A DNA stretch of 64,000 nt from Sphyrna mokarran (taxonomy: Eukaryota), in assembly GCA_024679065.1 (NCBI GenBank), contig JAGIQG010000015.1, positions 61,814,001-61,878,000 on the forward strand, read 5' to 3'. Under the pieces are notes generated by a model. It ran no database searches, was not told where the DNA came from, and worked only from the letters and a program-made list of their open reading frames with translations. The translations under genes and the position numbers were made by a program. Below, piece by piece: positions 37,171-49,767 of the stretch. Position 1 is the first letter of the stretch, and every line of letters begins with the position of its first letter.

Positions 37171-37582
37171 TAGTACTTCTAGGATAGTTTACATTATAGT
37201 AATCACCATTAGGACAACAAAATTCTGTGCTAACCCCAACACTGTAAATGGATACAAGACATGCCTGCTTGTATCCATTTGACGCCTGTTTTACTTTTTG
37301 ACCATAAACCAAATTAGGTCTAATTACATTGTGGTGAAGCGCCATATTTTTCTTATGTTAAAGGCACTATACACGTGCAAGTTGTCATCATTGTATATTT
37401 CACCCTAAATGCAAGAGAGCATATTCGACCAAACGTTAGGAGATGCATACAACTCCCCAGTATAAATACCTTTACGACTTTTGCATTGAGTGAGCATCTT
37501 TGACATGCTGGAGCTGTTTGGTACAGGGTCAAAGGCTTGGAACTCTGGATGAATTCTTATCAAAAAATGACAAGAAAACAGT

Positions 37583-37708
37583 GGCTGGAATTTTACTGCC
37601 CTGCCCACAACGAGAATTGGAGTGGGCGAGGGATGGACAATGGGAAGATTTGTTTACCGCGAGTGGAGTTTTATGATTTTGGGATGAGCAGGGTCTAAAA
37701 ATCCAGAC
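37583..37708. mobile_element. Short MITE with Harbinger-like TIRs
   Basis: ggctggaattttac ... aaaaatccagac termini. Confidence 0.55.
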
Positions 37709-37929
37709 AAACTGGTCAGTTTTCTCTCTTTTCCATACAACATTCTGTCAAAAGAAATCAAGAAGGCATCTCATGCCATCATCCAGGGGTCTCAACACAC
37801 CAGCAAAATCCTACTACTCAGACAGTGAGGTGTTATCTTTAAAGGGCACCCCGATCAGAACCTGAGTATATCTCCCCAACACACCACGAATGTTTCAGGG
37901 GCCCAACCCTACTGGACTTGGTATTTCAA

Positions 37930-38262
37930 TGAGCAGCACAGTGGCACTGTGGTTAGCACTGCAGCAACACAGCGCTTGGGACTTGCATTCAATTCCGGCC
38001 TCGGATCACTGTCTGTGTGGAATTTACAATTCTCCCCGCGTCTGCATGAGTTTCTCCCAGGTGCTCTGCTTTCTTGTCATACTCCAAAGATGTGCAGGTT
38101 AGGTGGATTGGCCATGTTAACTTGACCTTTAGTGTCAGGAGGACCAGCGTACTAAATAATTATGGGATTATGGAGATAGGGCCTGGGTGGGATTATTGTC
38201 AATGTAGGCTTGATAGGCCAAATGGCTGTCTTCTGTAGTGTAGCAATTCTATGATTTCTATG
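37930..38262 (+). mobile_element. HE1-like SINE
   Basis: gcagcacagtggcactgtggttagcactgc head and ttctatgatttctatg tail. Confidence 0.85.
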
Positions 38263-38665
38263 AACCTCTACCCTCCTCCCCCTGCAACAATTGGCTCCTT
38301 CTCACCATCTATCAGCTCCTTCTCCCCCTGATCCCTTTTGTGATCATCAGCCCTTCCCACCTTCTCCCTGCTTCTCCCCCTTACCCCATGCACAATCTGA
38401 GCTAGCATTCACTGAATGTCCGTTGAAGGGGGGAGTCCTGCTGAGAGTGTTCACTACATGCTAATGTATTAAAATGAGCTTTCTGCAGTCCCATGGCATG
38501 TTTCACTCCACTCCATTGGCAAGGGTCGGGAAAGGTTGGAACTTGGAAACTCGCCAGACTGAATCAGGATCTCAGATTTTAAGCATGCACCACCATTCCT
38601 TCAGACAGATAGCATGAGCTCAAAATTGCCCCCTCTGTAACTAACTGAAACAAGAAGAGAAAATG

Positions 38666-39738
38666 AGAGTGATTGTGCTACCCTGCTAGGCTACATTTCT
38701 AGTGCAGAGGAGTGGGAGAATCTTACATCCTGTATTGCATGGAATTTGTGAATCTGTTCCCACAATGCACATTTTCCAACGCTGGATTTTCGGTGCCATC
38801 AGATCTGCACTGGAAACCGATGGGAAGGTCAGACAAATTACTTACATTTAATTTTAATGTCGTTAAAAGCCTCTCCAACCCCAGCAGAATATTTCACTCT
38901 AACAGGGTTTTCAGTAGCTCCCCAATTTCAGGAACTATCAGGATGATCCCGCTAGAGTGAAGGGGGGGCAATCAGGGCCCTCAGGAGGTAGGACACTTGG
39001 GGGGTGCCTCCTGAGCATTGGCACCCTGGCAGTGCTATCCTGTGCCCCTGGCACTACCCATGAAGCAAAGTGCCCGTGCCTAGGGGACATTTTGGCACAG
39101 CCCACCAGGCATGCAGCAGTGCCAACGGGGCTGGGCCTGGTATGGGCAGGGGTAAGGGGGCGATCAGTGGAGAAGGGGGAGGTTCCTGCTGCCACTCTGA
39201 ATGGAGGCTGATGGAGGCAGGAGGGTGGCTAAGTGGGCTGGGAGTGGGTGGGGGGAGGGGGGTAGTGGGGGGAGTCAGCTGGAACAGGATCAGTCAGCCA
39301 GGGGGTGGGGGAATGACTGCTCAGCTGGTGGGGGAGGAGGTCTGCCTATAGTGGGGGGATGGGGATTGGGGCAGGCCAGGATCAGTGGAATGGGTGGGGG
39401 GAGGGGGAGGGCTGGGCCTGGGACTGCTCGCGATCGAGCCATGGAGTGCTTGGGGAGGCTGCACTGTGGGGATCCAGGGCTTGCCAGTGATTAAGCTGGC
39501 CAACAAAAAGGGAGGCTGTCAGATCGGAGCCATTGCACTTGCACAGAAGCCCACTCATTTCAACCTCCCGGGTGGGAATAGGTCCTGCCCTCTGAAATCT
39601 AATAATATTCATACTGGTGTCCTCTGCGTTGCACGGAGTATGGAAGATTCCAGTATGAACTCCCACTGAAAAAAAAGTGAATTACTCCAATTTTCCTGCA
39701 AATTCAGCACTTAGAATTATTTTGAGAGGAACGCCCCC
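38666..39738. mobile_element. G-rich non-autonomous Harbinger-like element
   Basis: Colinear with 52953-53964 (ggggcaatcagggcc, ggca-cctggcagtgc, ttgccagtgatt); ends gagaggaacgccccc. Confidence 0.65.
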
Positions 39739-40099
39739 AATCTCCTTTTGAGGCGTTCCTCCCAATATGCTCACTGAGAATGTCGATTCACATTCTGATT
39801 ACAAATCCATGGGTTGCCAACCTGCTTTCCAAGAGCTCATTTTACAGATGGGATCCAGGAAAACAACAACTCAAATTGATCTCCTGAAAATGAATGAAAA
39901 TGAATGTTTTATTGACAAAAGATAAACAAATTATGATACCTAACAATAGTAACATAGCACCTTAAAGGTAGAAATATATCCCAAAACACTTCACTGAATC
40001 AAAATCAGATATAAACACTGAGCCAAAGGAGGGTGACGTGGGACTGAAATCTATATCAACAAGTCCAATGATTGGGTAAAGGGATTTCAGGATTCACAT

Positions 40100-40533
40100 T
40101 GGGTTGCCAACTCTGATTGGGCCTGATCCTGGAGATTCAGTCACATACCATTTGATGCAGTTTGCAAATGTTTATTAACTTATTTAACTGCTTGATTTCG
40201 ATCTCATTCGAAGACGCCTGATATGAGACTTCTCATATAAGTTTGTCAAGGTTGGAAATTCTAAATAAATCACTTTTACTAGTGTACATTCATCAGTGCT
40301 ACAATTATACCAAGATAGCAGCTGCCAAACAAGTTACTAGCTCAGCACCGATGAATGCACTAAAGTGCTTTATTTAGATTTATTGCAACACATAACAGAT
40401 GGCCACTTTTACAAGATCTAATTTCTTAGACCCCACTTTGCCAAACTTCAAACATTTGTAAATCACTGAACAGCGGACTGTCAATATTCCTGGACTGGAA
40501 CCCCAGAAATTTCCACATCACAAGTTGGCATCA
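40100..40533. mobile_element. Possible old hAT-like MITE
   Basis: gggttgccaact at the left and a degenerate agttggcatc at the right. Another gggttgccaac lies at about 39811. Confidence 0.35.
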
Positions 40534-40624
40534 AACACTGGAGATCCAAACTAACTGGAGCTGTTCACTGTATAAAGTAGCAAATGCATTAATCAGCTGC
40601 TGCACATTGATAAATAGATGTAGA

Positions 40625-41070
40625 TTGCTCTAGACAGGGTGCAGAGGAGATTCACCAGCATATTGCCTAGGCTGGGGTTGTTTTCCTTGGAACAGAATAT
40701 TCAGGAGGGACCTGATCATGGTGTACAAAATTATGAGGAATATAGATACAGTAAAAAGAAAGAAACATTTCTCCTGAGTAGAAGGATCAATAACCAGCAG
40801 GCACAGATTTACATTAAGAGAATTATTTAGATTTGGAGGCAATCTGAGTGGAGACATTTTCACCCAGAGCGTGGTGTGAATTTGGAACTCACTGTCTGTA
40901 AGTGTGATAAAGGTGGGAACACTCATAACAGTTAAGAAGCATTTGGATGAGCATTTGACATGCCATGGCATACAAGGCTACAGACCTAGAGGTAGGACTG
41001 GAGCTGGTGCTTGATGGTCAGCGCACACAATGAGCCAAAGAGTCTCTTTCTGTACTTTAATAGCTCTGTA
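40625..41070 (+). mobile_element. CR1 LINE 3' fragment
   Basis: VQRRFTSILP and ttttcacccagagcgtggtg motifs. Confidence 0.8.
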
Positions 41071-41285
41071 AATGACAAAAAAGATTTGTTTTTAAAGTTG
41101 TAACATTTCCAAGTTGTATTCACTTGCATAGCTAATAATGCATTTTTACTGGGGTACAATTACAAATTCACCAGCCACTGGCTGGCTAGAAGACAGACAT
41201 TTTGTTTGAAGCTGAAATTCTCCAGTGATGCTGAATGTGAATGGAGTTTTGGCTGGTATGCCAAATTCTTCCTTTTCACTTGAGG

Positions 41286-41520
41286 GTGGCACAGTGGTAC
41301 AGTAGAATGGCACAGTAGCACAGTGGAGCAACACAGTGACTCCGTGGGCCAGAACAGTGGCACATGGTGAGCACTGTTGCCTCACAGCCCCAGGGATTTG
41401 AGTTCAATTAAAATTTGGGTCCCTCTCTGCATGGAGTTTGTACGTTCTTCCTGTGTATGTGTGGGTTTCTATCGGATGTTCGAGTTTCCTACCACTTTCC
41501 AAAGATGTGCAGGTTAGATA
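41286..41520 (+). mobile_element. 3'-truncated HE1-like SINE with expanded head repeats
   Basis: Several (g)gcacagt units precede gcactgttgcctcacagc; the element ends at gtgcaggttag. Confidence 0.75.
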
Positions 41521-42759
41521 GCAGCTGTTGAGGGGAGCAGTGGGGTGACCTTGACCAAGCCATCAGGTAGGCTGAAAGGCAATGAACCAAGGTTGGGGTG
41601 AAGAGGCCAAGCAGACAGCAGGCAAGACACCCAGTGAACGAGCAAGCAAATTTCCTGAGGTTTGTTTCAAGTGGAGCTGAGTTGTGAGGACTGAGGAGAC
41701 ACCGGCAGTTGTCAAGAATGACTTGACCAGGCCATTAAGGCTGAAGAGGGATGGGCAATGATACGGATGTGAGGTGAGGAGCTAGCCAGAAAAGCAGCCT
41801 GTGAGCCAGCAGAACAATTAGTCATTGAGTGGGTAAGAGCAACTCGAATTCCAGCCAGGGCTGAGGAGGAATGGGCAACTGAGGGTGAGGCCAAGGCCAA
41901 ACTATTGCCAGGCAGCAGTGAGCCAGCACCACAGCGAAAAGTTGAGTGAGCAGAGGCAGTTTGAAATCTAGGGCTGAGGAGGGCAAACGAAACCTGCTGT
42001 TTCAGAAAATTCATTCATTAGGATCAAGAAAGATCAGTCAACATGATCTGAAAAGAAGTAAAGCTATCTAAATTGCCATGGATTGCAAACAACCAATGAC
42101 GCAAGAACATTTTAAAAATATGTCCCTCATCCATATTCTCTTGTTAAAATGCTGTTTTTCAAACAGGAGCACTATTTGTTGGTGTGCTGTCATGGCTGTC
42201 ACATGCAGACAGTTATACCCGGTGACTAACCACCAATCCCCCATTGCTCTCAATATTGGCCTTCAGAAAGTCTCTTTTGGACATAGAATGCCAGACGCTT
42301 GCCAGCAAAGCCACTGGTATTGGACTTGGACTCACTGGGCTTCATTTGATTTGAGTACCTGTTCCTGCACTGAATATTTTCTGGCTCATTCTGTCCTGCA
42401 CTGGCCTGTGCTGTGCTCCAGTCACATCATTGGTTGATTTCTCCATCTCAATGCTCATTGGTGAGTTCCATGTTTGTTCACTTCAGGACACGGAGATCAC
42501 AATATTGACCATCTCCATCCTCATGCTGACAACAGGTAGGCTTGGATTTCAATTATCCCAATTACAGATACATTTTCATAAGTTAAAAGGCACTAAAACA
42601 GTGAAGCAGTGATTTGACATTTGTGTATCATTTTGTATTTTCTAGGCTAGCATTGCGGATTTGAGTTTGAATGAATCAATTAGGTACTTGTTTTCATCAG
42701 TTACAAAGCACTGATGCAGTAAGCATAATTTGATTACTTGTACTATTTTGAGTTACAGG

Positions 42760-43072
42760 GTCATAGAATCTCCAGTGCAGAAAGAGGCCATTTGGCCCAT
42801 CAAGCCTGCATCGACAACAGTCCCACCTACATCCTAGCCCCGTAACCCCACATATATTTATCCTCCTAACTCCCCTGATACCAACAGACAGTTTAACATG
42901 GCCAGTCAGCCTATCTTTGGATTGTGGAAGGAAACCGGGACACGTGGAGGAAACCCACACAGACACGGGGACAATGTGCAAACTCTGCACAGATAGTAAC
43001 CCAAGGCCGAATTGAGCTTGCGTCCCTGGCACTATGAGCAGCAGTACGAACCACAGTGCCACAGTACCGCCC
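42760..43072 (-). mobile_element. HE1-like SINE
   Basis: tcatagaatctccagtgcagaaagaggccatt tail and gaaccacagtgccac head. Confidence 0.85.
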
Positions 43073-44149
43073 TGTGGCTTTCATTATGGATGTAAATTAA
43101 TCAATTGCAGGCTTGCTTTCATCAATTAAGAAGCATAGAGGCAGTGATTTGTTTACTTTTTTGTACTTTTGTGGCTTCCATTGTGTGAGCTGAGGATGGG
43201 TGTGGTCAGGAGGCGAATAGTGTCATGTGGGGTGGGTCTTAGCCTCATTTGATGTCATTTAATATGGGGCTTGACATCACTGATGGACAGGTCTTGATGT
43301 CACTAGAGTGGAGTGCCATGTCACCAGGCTAGTGAGGGAGGTGGGGTGATACATGGAGGCAGAGTGCAGAGCCCCCAAAAAAGTGTATGTCCTCCTGTGC
43401 CCTCAGTGCTAAGACAAATGTCTTCCAATGAATGTGCAGTCAGCAGCAACATTTCATCATGAAACAAATCATATCCACCAAACAACCATGCCCAAAACTA
43501 CTTTCTCCAAAAACTTCTTGCTCAGCTTATTGAGTAAAATTTATTATTTTATTAAATAAAATACTGAATTAAAAAATATCATCACCCAACTTCGGATTCA
43601 AGACTATGACAATGGAATTAAGAGACCCATTAACTACTAACAGAGCTAGTTAAGATGTGCAGGAATTTGCTCCACTAAACCTGGGTGGCAGTTTCACAAC
43701 TCACTGCCCGAAACTTTTGGACGCAGTAATTTTCACACTAACTCTGTGTGGTCTCCAGCATTTTTAAACAGCATTTTAAAACTTCACTTCACCAATGGTC
43801 CTACTGGTTGGGGAGTCATTAGGAGATGTGGACCAAGTGCATATGCAACTGTTTCCCATTCCCTTTTCATCAGTGGTAAGGGTTACAGTATTTCAAAATG
43901 CAGGATAAAACCAAGATCATCTGCCACATCTCAACCTTTTTGCTAAATCAATCATCAGATCAAGTCCAAGAGGGGGTGCAATGCCTTTTCTCATTGCCTT
44001 GGACCTTGTATGTTTCTCTTGTGGAGACCATGAATTGGATTCAATTAGAATTTGATTTTTGGAGCAAGGAAGGAAATGGATTCGGATTTGCTGGTCCACT
44101 CTGCGCGTGGGCTTCGTAATGTTAAGAATGGAGTAAAAGTTTTAAAAGT

Positions 44150-44550
44150 ACTGTCTGTTCATCACCCAGACACAGCTTCAAGTCCAAGGCAAGAGAGGCT
44201 TGAGGTGTTACTGTAGATTTCATACAAGATCGACACAGAGTGCTGCACAGTCTCAAGATCTTGGTGCTGTCTTTTGGATAGGTCATGCAACTAATGCTTC
44301 GCATATCCTCTCATTAAAGATGCCAGGAAGGTTTGCTGAATGGCTTGGTCAATATTTATCCTTCAACCAACATCACTAAGAATAGGTTCCCTCTCCGTGA
44401 TCTTAGTGTTCTTCACTCTGCACACATTGTTGCTGCGTTCCCAGCAATATGACAGTGACTTCACTTCAAATTCACTTCAGTTATTGTAAACTGCTATGGG
44501 CATGCCCCAAGCTTGTGAAAAGCACTATACAAATTCATGTCTTTCTCTTT
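44150..44550 (+). mobile_element. Deu-domain SINE remnant
   Basis: caatatttatccttcaaccaacatcactaa and acagtgact-cacttcaaa...gtgaaa-gcactata-aaat tail. Confidence 0.65.
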
Positions 44551-44559
44551 ACTCTAGAG

Positions 44560-44860
44560 TGGCGCAGGGCACAGTGGCTAGCCCTTCTGCCTCACAACGC
44601 CAGGGTCCCAGGTTCAATTTTGGCATCGGGTGACTGTGTGGAGTTTTCACCTTCTTATCATGTCTGCAAGAGTTTCCTTTGGTGTTCCAGTTTCCTCACA
44701 CACTTCAAAGATGTGCAGGCTATGTTGATTGGCCATGATAAATTGCCCCTTGGTGTCAGGGAGATTAGCAGGTTAAATATATGGGTTTATGGGAATAGGG
44801 TTTGGATGAGATTATTGTTGGTACAGACCAAATGGCCTCCTTCTTATTGTAGGGATTCAA
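44560..44860 (+). mobile_element. HE1-like SINE
   Basis: ggcacagtggctagccc-tctgcctcacaacgccagggtcccagg head. Confidence 0.85.
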
Positions 44861-45944
44861 ATGTGTTAGATTTTGTCTTCTTATCTCTAAGAACAAAATT
44901 CTACCAGTTCAGACCAGGGCAACTACAACACTCTTCTTCTTAGTCTTTTCACTCCTTGATGGAGCATAGGCCTTGGAGAAATTATTTCCATCTAATCCTA
45001 TTTTGGGCCAAGCTCTGCGGTTATATCCTCCTGCTCCCAACTCTTTTTCCGTACATATAGTAACAGTGCATATTATAACAATTCTATCAAGATGCTGTCC
45101 ATTCACCAATAAAACTTGGCCAAAACTGTGCAGGAAGACTGAGTATGACAGTGAATTACACACTGTTCTTTCACATCTGGCAGACAGGTTCAAAATTCAT
45201 CCCCGAGGGTTCTATTGTCACAATGGTTCGGATGCTGTCTTTTCATGAATGGGGCCTGGTTTCCAAATTGGCATGGGCAAAGTAGGCAGCACTGTAAATT
45301 AAACCAAGTTACTGTCAATGAGAAACTGGTGCACCAGATGTACGGATAATCTGGGACATTCAAACTCACTTCCGCCTGCTCAAATATCTTTCAGATCACC
45401 AGCACTAATGGGTTAGGTTTTAGCTTTCAGAAGGCTGACTGGCAGAATGTGGCGACTGGCTGGCGGCACCTGTCAATTGCTTACCCCGCTACCAGGAAGC
45501 TCGCTTCAATCTGTATGATCACTATCCATTGAAATCTCACCAGCCAGATATATGCCCCAGTAGCTATTCCTGCTGCAGCTTACCAGAGTCAGGTCCAGTG
45601 AATGTAGTCAGACCAAAGTGGGGAGGAATAGGGATGAAGAGTCCAACTGCAGAGGAGCAGGGAGGGGTATCAGGGAAAGCAGCAACCTATGGTCATTTTT
45701 CTGGATCTAAAGTGAAAATCCTTTCCTCCTATGCCCCACAATAATAATACCGTTTTGGGACCTTCTCTGCCAAGTGTAACCAGACAGAGCAAGCACAGCA
45801 CACAGTCTATATTGAAATTGGGGTCCTATGTGTGATTTGTGCCTGTGGGTGAGCTGCAAGATCACCCATTCTCATCACCATAACTGAGCTTCCAAAAACA
45901 ACGGCACCAAATCAGTATTTACGGACTCCTAGACACTTAGAACA

Positions 45945-46241
45945 TAGATCATAGAACATAGAACACTACAGCACAAACAGGCCCTTCAGCCCACAAGTTG
46001 TGCCGAACACATCAAAACCTACCCAGCCATAGACCTATCTATAACCCCCAATCCCATTGGATCCCATATACTCATCCAGAAGTCTTTTAAAAGACCCCAG
46101 CGAGTTCGCCTCGACCACCACCGACGGCAGCCGATTCCATTCACTCACCACCCTCTGAGTGAAAAACTTTCCCCTAGCATCCCCTCTGTACTTGCTTCCC
46201 TGCACCTTAAATCTGTGCCCTCTCATCGCGACCATTTCAGC
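45945..46241 (-). mobile_element. Young CR1 LINE 3' end
   Basis: Nearly identical in reverse to 51200-51497. Confidence 0.92.
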
Positions 46242-46469
46242 TGAAACTTCTTGCTGAAACTGATCACAACTGGTCACAAACCAAACTGGTTATGTTTTTA
46301 ATATATTATTAAATATAGCCACTATTTTTAATAAAATCTCAAACAGATTTTCAGCATGTGTCTTTCCCGAAAAAATAGCCGATATTTTCATTATTATTGA
46401 ACAATAGGAACTTTTCAACTCAGAAAGGGACCACTTTACATGTTGTTTCTGTATTGGCAAAAAAACAAG

Positions 46470-46930
46470 CAACCCAGCCTAATCCCACTTTCCAGCAATT
46501 GGTCTGAAACCCTGCAGACTACAGTGATTGAGGTCCCTATCCAGGCACACTTTAAATGAGTGGAGGGTTTCTGTCTCTACTTTGACAGTGAGTTCCAGAA
46601 CCCCATAATCCTCTGGGTGAAACCAGGTTTCCTCATCTCCCATCTAAACTTCCTATCAATTACTTTAAATCCACGCTCCCTAGTCACTGACCTCTCTGCT
46701 GAAGTATCCAGGCATCCCATCCCTAATTTTGTACATCTCAATCAAATTTCCTCTCAACTGTCTTTGTTCCAAGGAGAATAACCCCAGCCTATCCATTCTT
46801 TCACATAGCTGCAACTCTCCAGTCCAGTTACTTGTCAATCTTCTCTGTCTCTTCTCTACTCAATTACAACGTTGCTGAATTGAGGCCTAATTAATGATTT
46901 ATATAGTTTTAGCATGCCCTCTGTGCTCTT
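46470..46930 (-). mobile_element. Older CR1 LINE fragment
   Basis: ccactttccagc, cctctgggtgaaa and ccaaggagaataaccccagcctatcc motifs. Confidence 0.7.
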
Positions 46931-47084
46931 AGCATATTGGTATGTTAGACACAGTGCTTGTATATCAGGGATTGCCTTCAAGACTATCCATTGGAATTCC
47001 ACTTGTCTTCCTACATTGTCCCTAATTTTTCAAAGCCTCGATTTTAAAATTCTGATCTTTTTTCCCAATAATTCCACAGCCTTC

Positions 47085-47490
47085 CTCTTCTCTATCACTG
47101 TAACCTCCCCTCTCCCTATATCCCTGTAACCTCACCACTTCCTATTACTGTAACTTCCCCACTCCCTATCCCTGTAGCTTCCCTCCTCCCTATCTCTGTA
47201 ACATCCTCCTCACTATCACTGTAACCTCTTGCCTCCCTGGGCCCATAACCTCCCTTCTTATTATCCCTGTAACCTGTCCCATCGCTTTTAGTGTAACCTT
47301 TCATCTCCCTATCCCTGTAACCTCCCATCTCATTATCACTGTAATCTCTAGCCTCACTATTCCTGTAACCTCTCCCTCCTTCTCCTAGTAACCTCCCCTC
47401 GCTATCCCTGCAACCTCCCCCTCCTATCACTGTACATTCTCCCCACTCCCTATCACTGTAATTCCCCCCTCCTTATCACTGTAACCTCCC
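47085..47490. repeat. Degenerate ~21-bp minisatellite (CCTATCMCTGTAACCTCCCCT)n
   Basis: tgtaacct-type cores recur about every 21 nt, roughly 19 copies. Confidence 0.9.
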
Positions 47491-47594
47491 TTTGCTCTAT
47501 GACACTTCAAGATCTGTGTATTCCAATTTTCTGACTTGGAGACTGATGATGCAATCAGTTAACCACCTGAGTGGTGGGAACAACAGTGAGACAA

Positions 47595-47930
47595 TCATAA
47601 AACACTGCAGGGCAGAAAGAGGCCCTTCAGTCCATCAAGTCTGTACCAAACACAATCCCACCCTGGCCCCACTCCACATCCCTACACATTATACCCACTA
47701 ATCCCTCTAATCAATGCATTTTTAGCATGGCCAATCAACCTAACCCACACGTCTTTGGACTGTGGGAAGAAACCAGAGTATCCAGAGGAAACCCATGCAG
47801 ACACGAGGAGAATGTGCAAACTCCACACAGACAGTGAACTGAACCGGGAATCGAACCCACGACCCTGGAGCTGTGAATCAGCTGTGCTAACCACTGTGTT
47901 ACCGTGCAACTCAACCACTGTGCTACCAGG
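47595..47930 (-). mobile_element. HE1-like SINE
   Basis: ggccaatcaacctaacc...gagaatgtgcaaactccacacagacag...gctaaccactgtg. Confidence 0.85.
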
Positions 47931-49460
47931 TGGTAGCAACAAGGGTGTGGATCCTATTTAAACAAACCCTCAGTGCCATTAATTGCTTTATTACATTAAT
48001 TACTTTATTGCATTACCTGATGCTGAACAAGTATCTTAAGAGATACAAGGACCTGGAACATAGGGCAGGGCAATCCCTCAATACAGGATGTGGACATAGT
48101 GGCCCCTTTTTGAAGTCACAAAAGAGGAGCAAGGTATACTTTTTCAGGAATGTGACAGATGGAGCTCTCCTCCCAGCCTAAGGAGATTTAAGATTGAGGC
48201 AATTGAAACAGTGAGCAGAAATGAGGCCTACAGAACAGGCTCCATTACAGAAACAGATTCACTGACTTTATTTCCCATGGCAAGGTAGGCACAAAATTCA
48301 CTCCTCAGGATAGGTGCCCCTCTAGCAGACACAGCAACTGAGGAGCCTCAGGGCCCTCCCGAATCTGTGAGGAGTGTGTGCCTAGATCACTTACTGAACC
48401 CTCAAAAGGGGTCAAAGCCACTTTGCTACTGAGGACCTGCCATCAGCAGAACATGCAGATTCTCACCAACAGGATCAGCTGACATTGGTCATTGAGGTAA
48501 CAGGGCCTGTTCTCGCTCTATTGTATCCTTGAAGGAAAATTGCAGTCATAACACATAGGAGGGTGTCCAGAAGGAAGGAGGGGCTATATACCATGGAGTG
48601 GGAAACTATAGATGTTTTCAGGGTCATCTTCATGAGGAAGTTGAGGAAAACCAGATGGGCAAAGTCTGTAATACATTCATTATGACAGTGTAATGCACTC
48701 CAGCCCTTATAGCATACCCAAAAACACTACACTGGAAAACCTCAGCATTGCAGAGACCTGTGCTCCACAAAGCTAGTTTCCCTAATCTCTTCTCACCATT
48801 TCCAACACTAAGGCAATTGAAATAACTCCTTCACCATCACCATGCCAAATACACCCACAGCAGAGCTCCAACCAAACACTGTCAAACCTTACGCACGAAC
48901 TTTCCAGCAGCACAGATAAAGTCACCTTGATAGTTCTACAGAGTGGCACCAAGTAATGATTATGTCACTAGTTTGCCAGAGGCAGTGCCCGAGGCCGAGG
49001 AAACTCTGGGCATTCCCTCCCCAAAAGCAGAGAACAGACACAACCTTGCTCAGCTGCGCACAGAAACAAGGAGTCAAGAGTCACAAGAAATGCCATAAGT
49101 AACATCCATGATCACACACATCAGTCTCCTCTGAAGTAATGCGCAGTCATGGACTAAGAATAGAAAAGTCCTTCTGGATCATGTGTACTACCGGAGCTCA
49201 CAACTTTGCATGTCTGGGTTCCCCCATTGAGAAAGTGATTAATCTCAAGGAGAGCCAAATGTAGCTGCAAATCGAGTGCTTGCAGGATCCGCACACTGAC
49301 TTTCACAGAAGGCATCTGGCACTATGTAACCTTCATCAGTCAATGGTGCTGATGGCACACAAATGTCTCGAAGGAATGCAGTTACACATCAGCTGATCTG
49401 AATCTTTCTCTGGAATCTAGATTGCAAAGGAAATAGGGAATGAGAATGAAGGGAAATTAC

Positions 49461-49767
49461 TTTTTTTTAATCCAGTTCAATCAAATCAAGTCCAATTCAG
49501 AATCTCAACAAATTGAGACATTTCCGATCCAAGCTGACAAGACAGGGCTCTCACTTCCTGTCTTGGGCTTGATCAACATGATCCACATTGATTGGAGTAG
49601 GCACAGCTCCTCTTCCAAGGCTTGACCTCATTTGCATCTTAGCCAAAAGGCCAAGATGTCACTTCTAAAAATTGCTTCAAATGAAGCTAAAATGTAATCT
49701 AATGACTTCAACAAAGTACAGCATGTCGATACTACACTTGATGTTAGACAAAAGGCTGAGAAGCGAT
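49461..49767 (-). mobile_element. U2 snRNA-headed, poly(A)-tailed retroposed element
   Basis: U2 nt 1-40 at 49767-49728, a second U2 nt 7-27 copy at 49656-49636, and an A8 tail at 49468-49461. Confidence 0.65.
49728..49767 (-). pseudogene. RNU2: U2 snRNA 5' fragment (nt 1-40)
   Basis: ATCGCTTCTCAGCCTTTTGTCTAACATCAAGTGTAGTATC versus vertebrate U2 ATCGCTTCTCGGCCTTTTGGCTAAGATCAAGTGTAGTATC (37/40). Confidence 0.9.

Noticed and set aside
44909-45248. Short motifs ALRLYPPAP (P450 K-helix-like, plus strand), ELGAGGY (kinase-like) and TLGDEF (BH3-like, minus strand)
   Set aside because: These are three mutually incompatible short matches. The P450 ExxR Glu is absent, and no flanking domain context or supporting exons were seen.
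48430-49430. Possible further Harbinger Myb-like ORF remnant
   Set aside because: Only a compositional impression; no motif, TIR or alignment to the two Harbingers could be shown.
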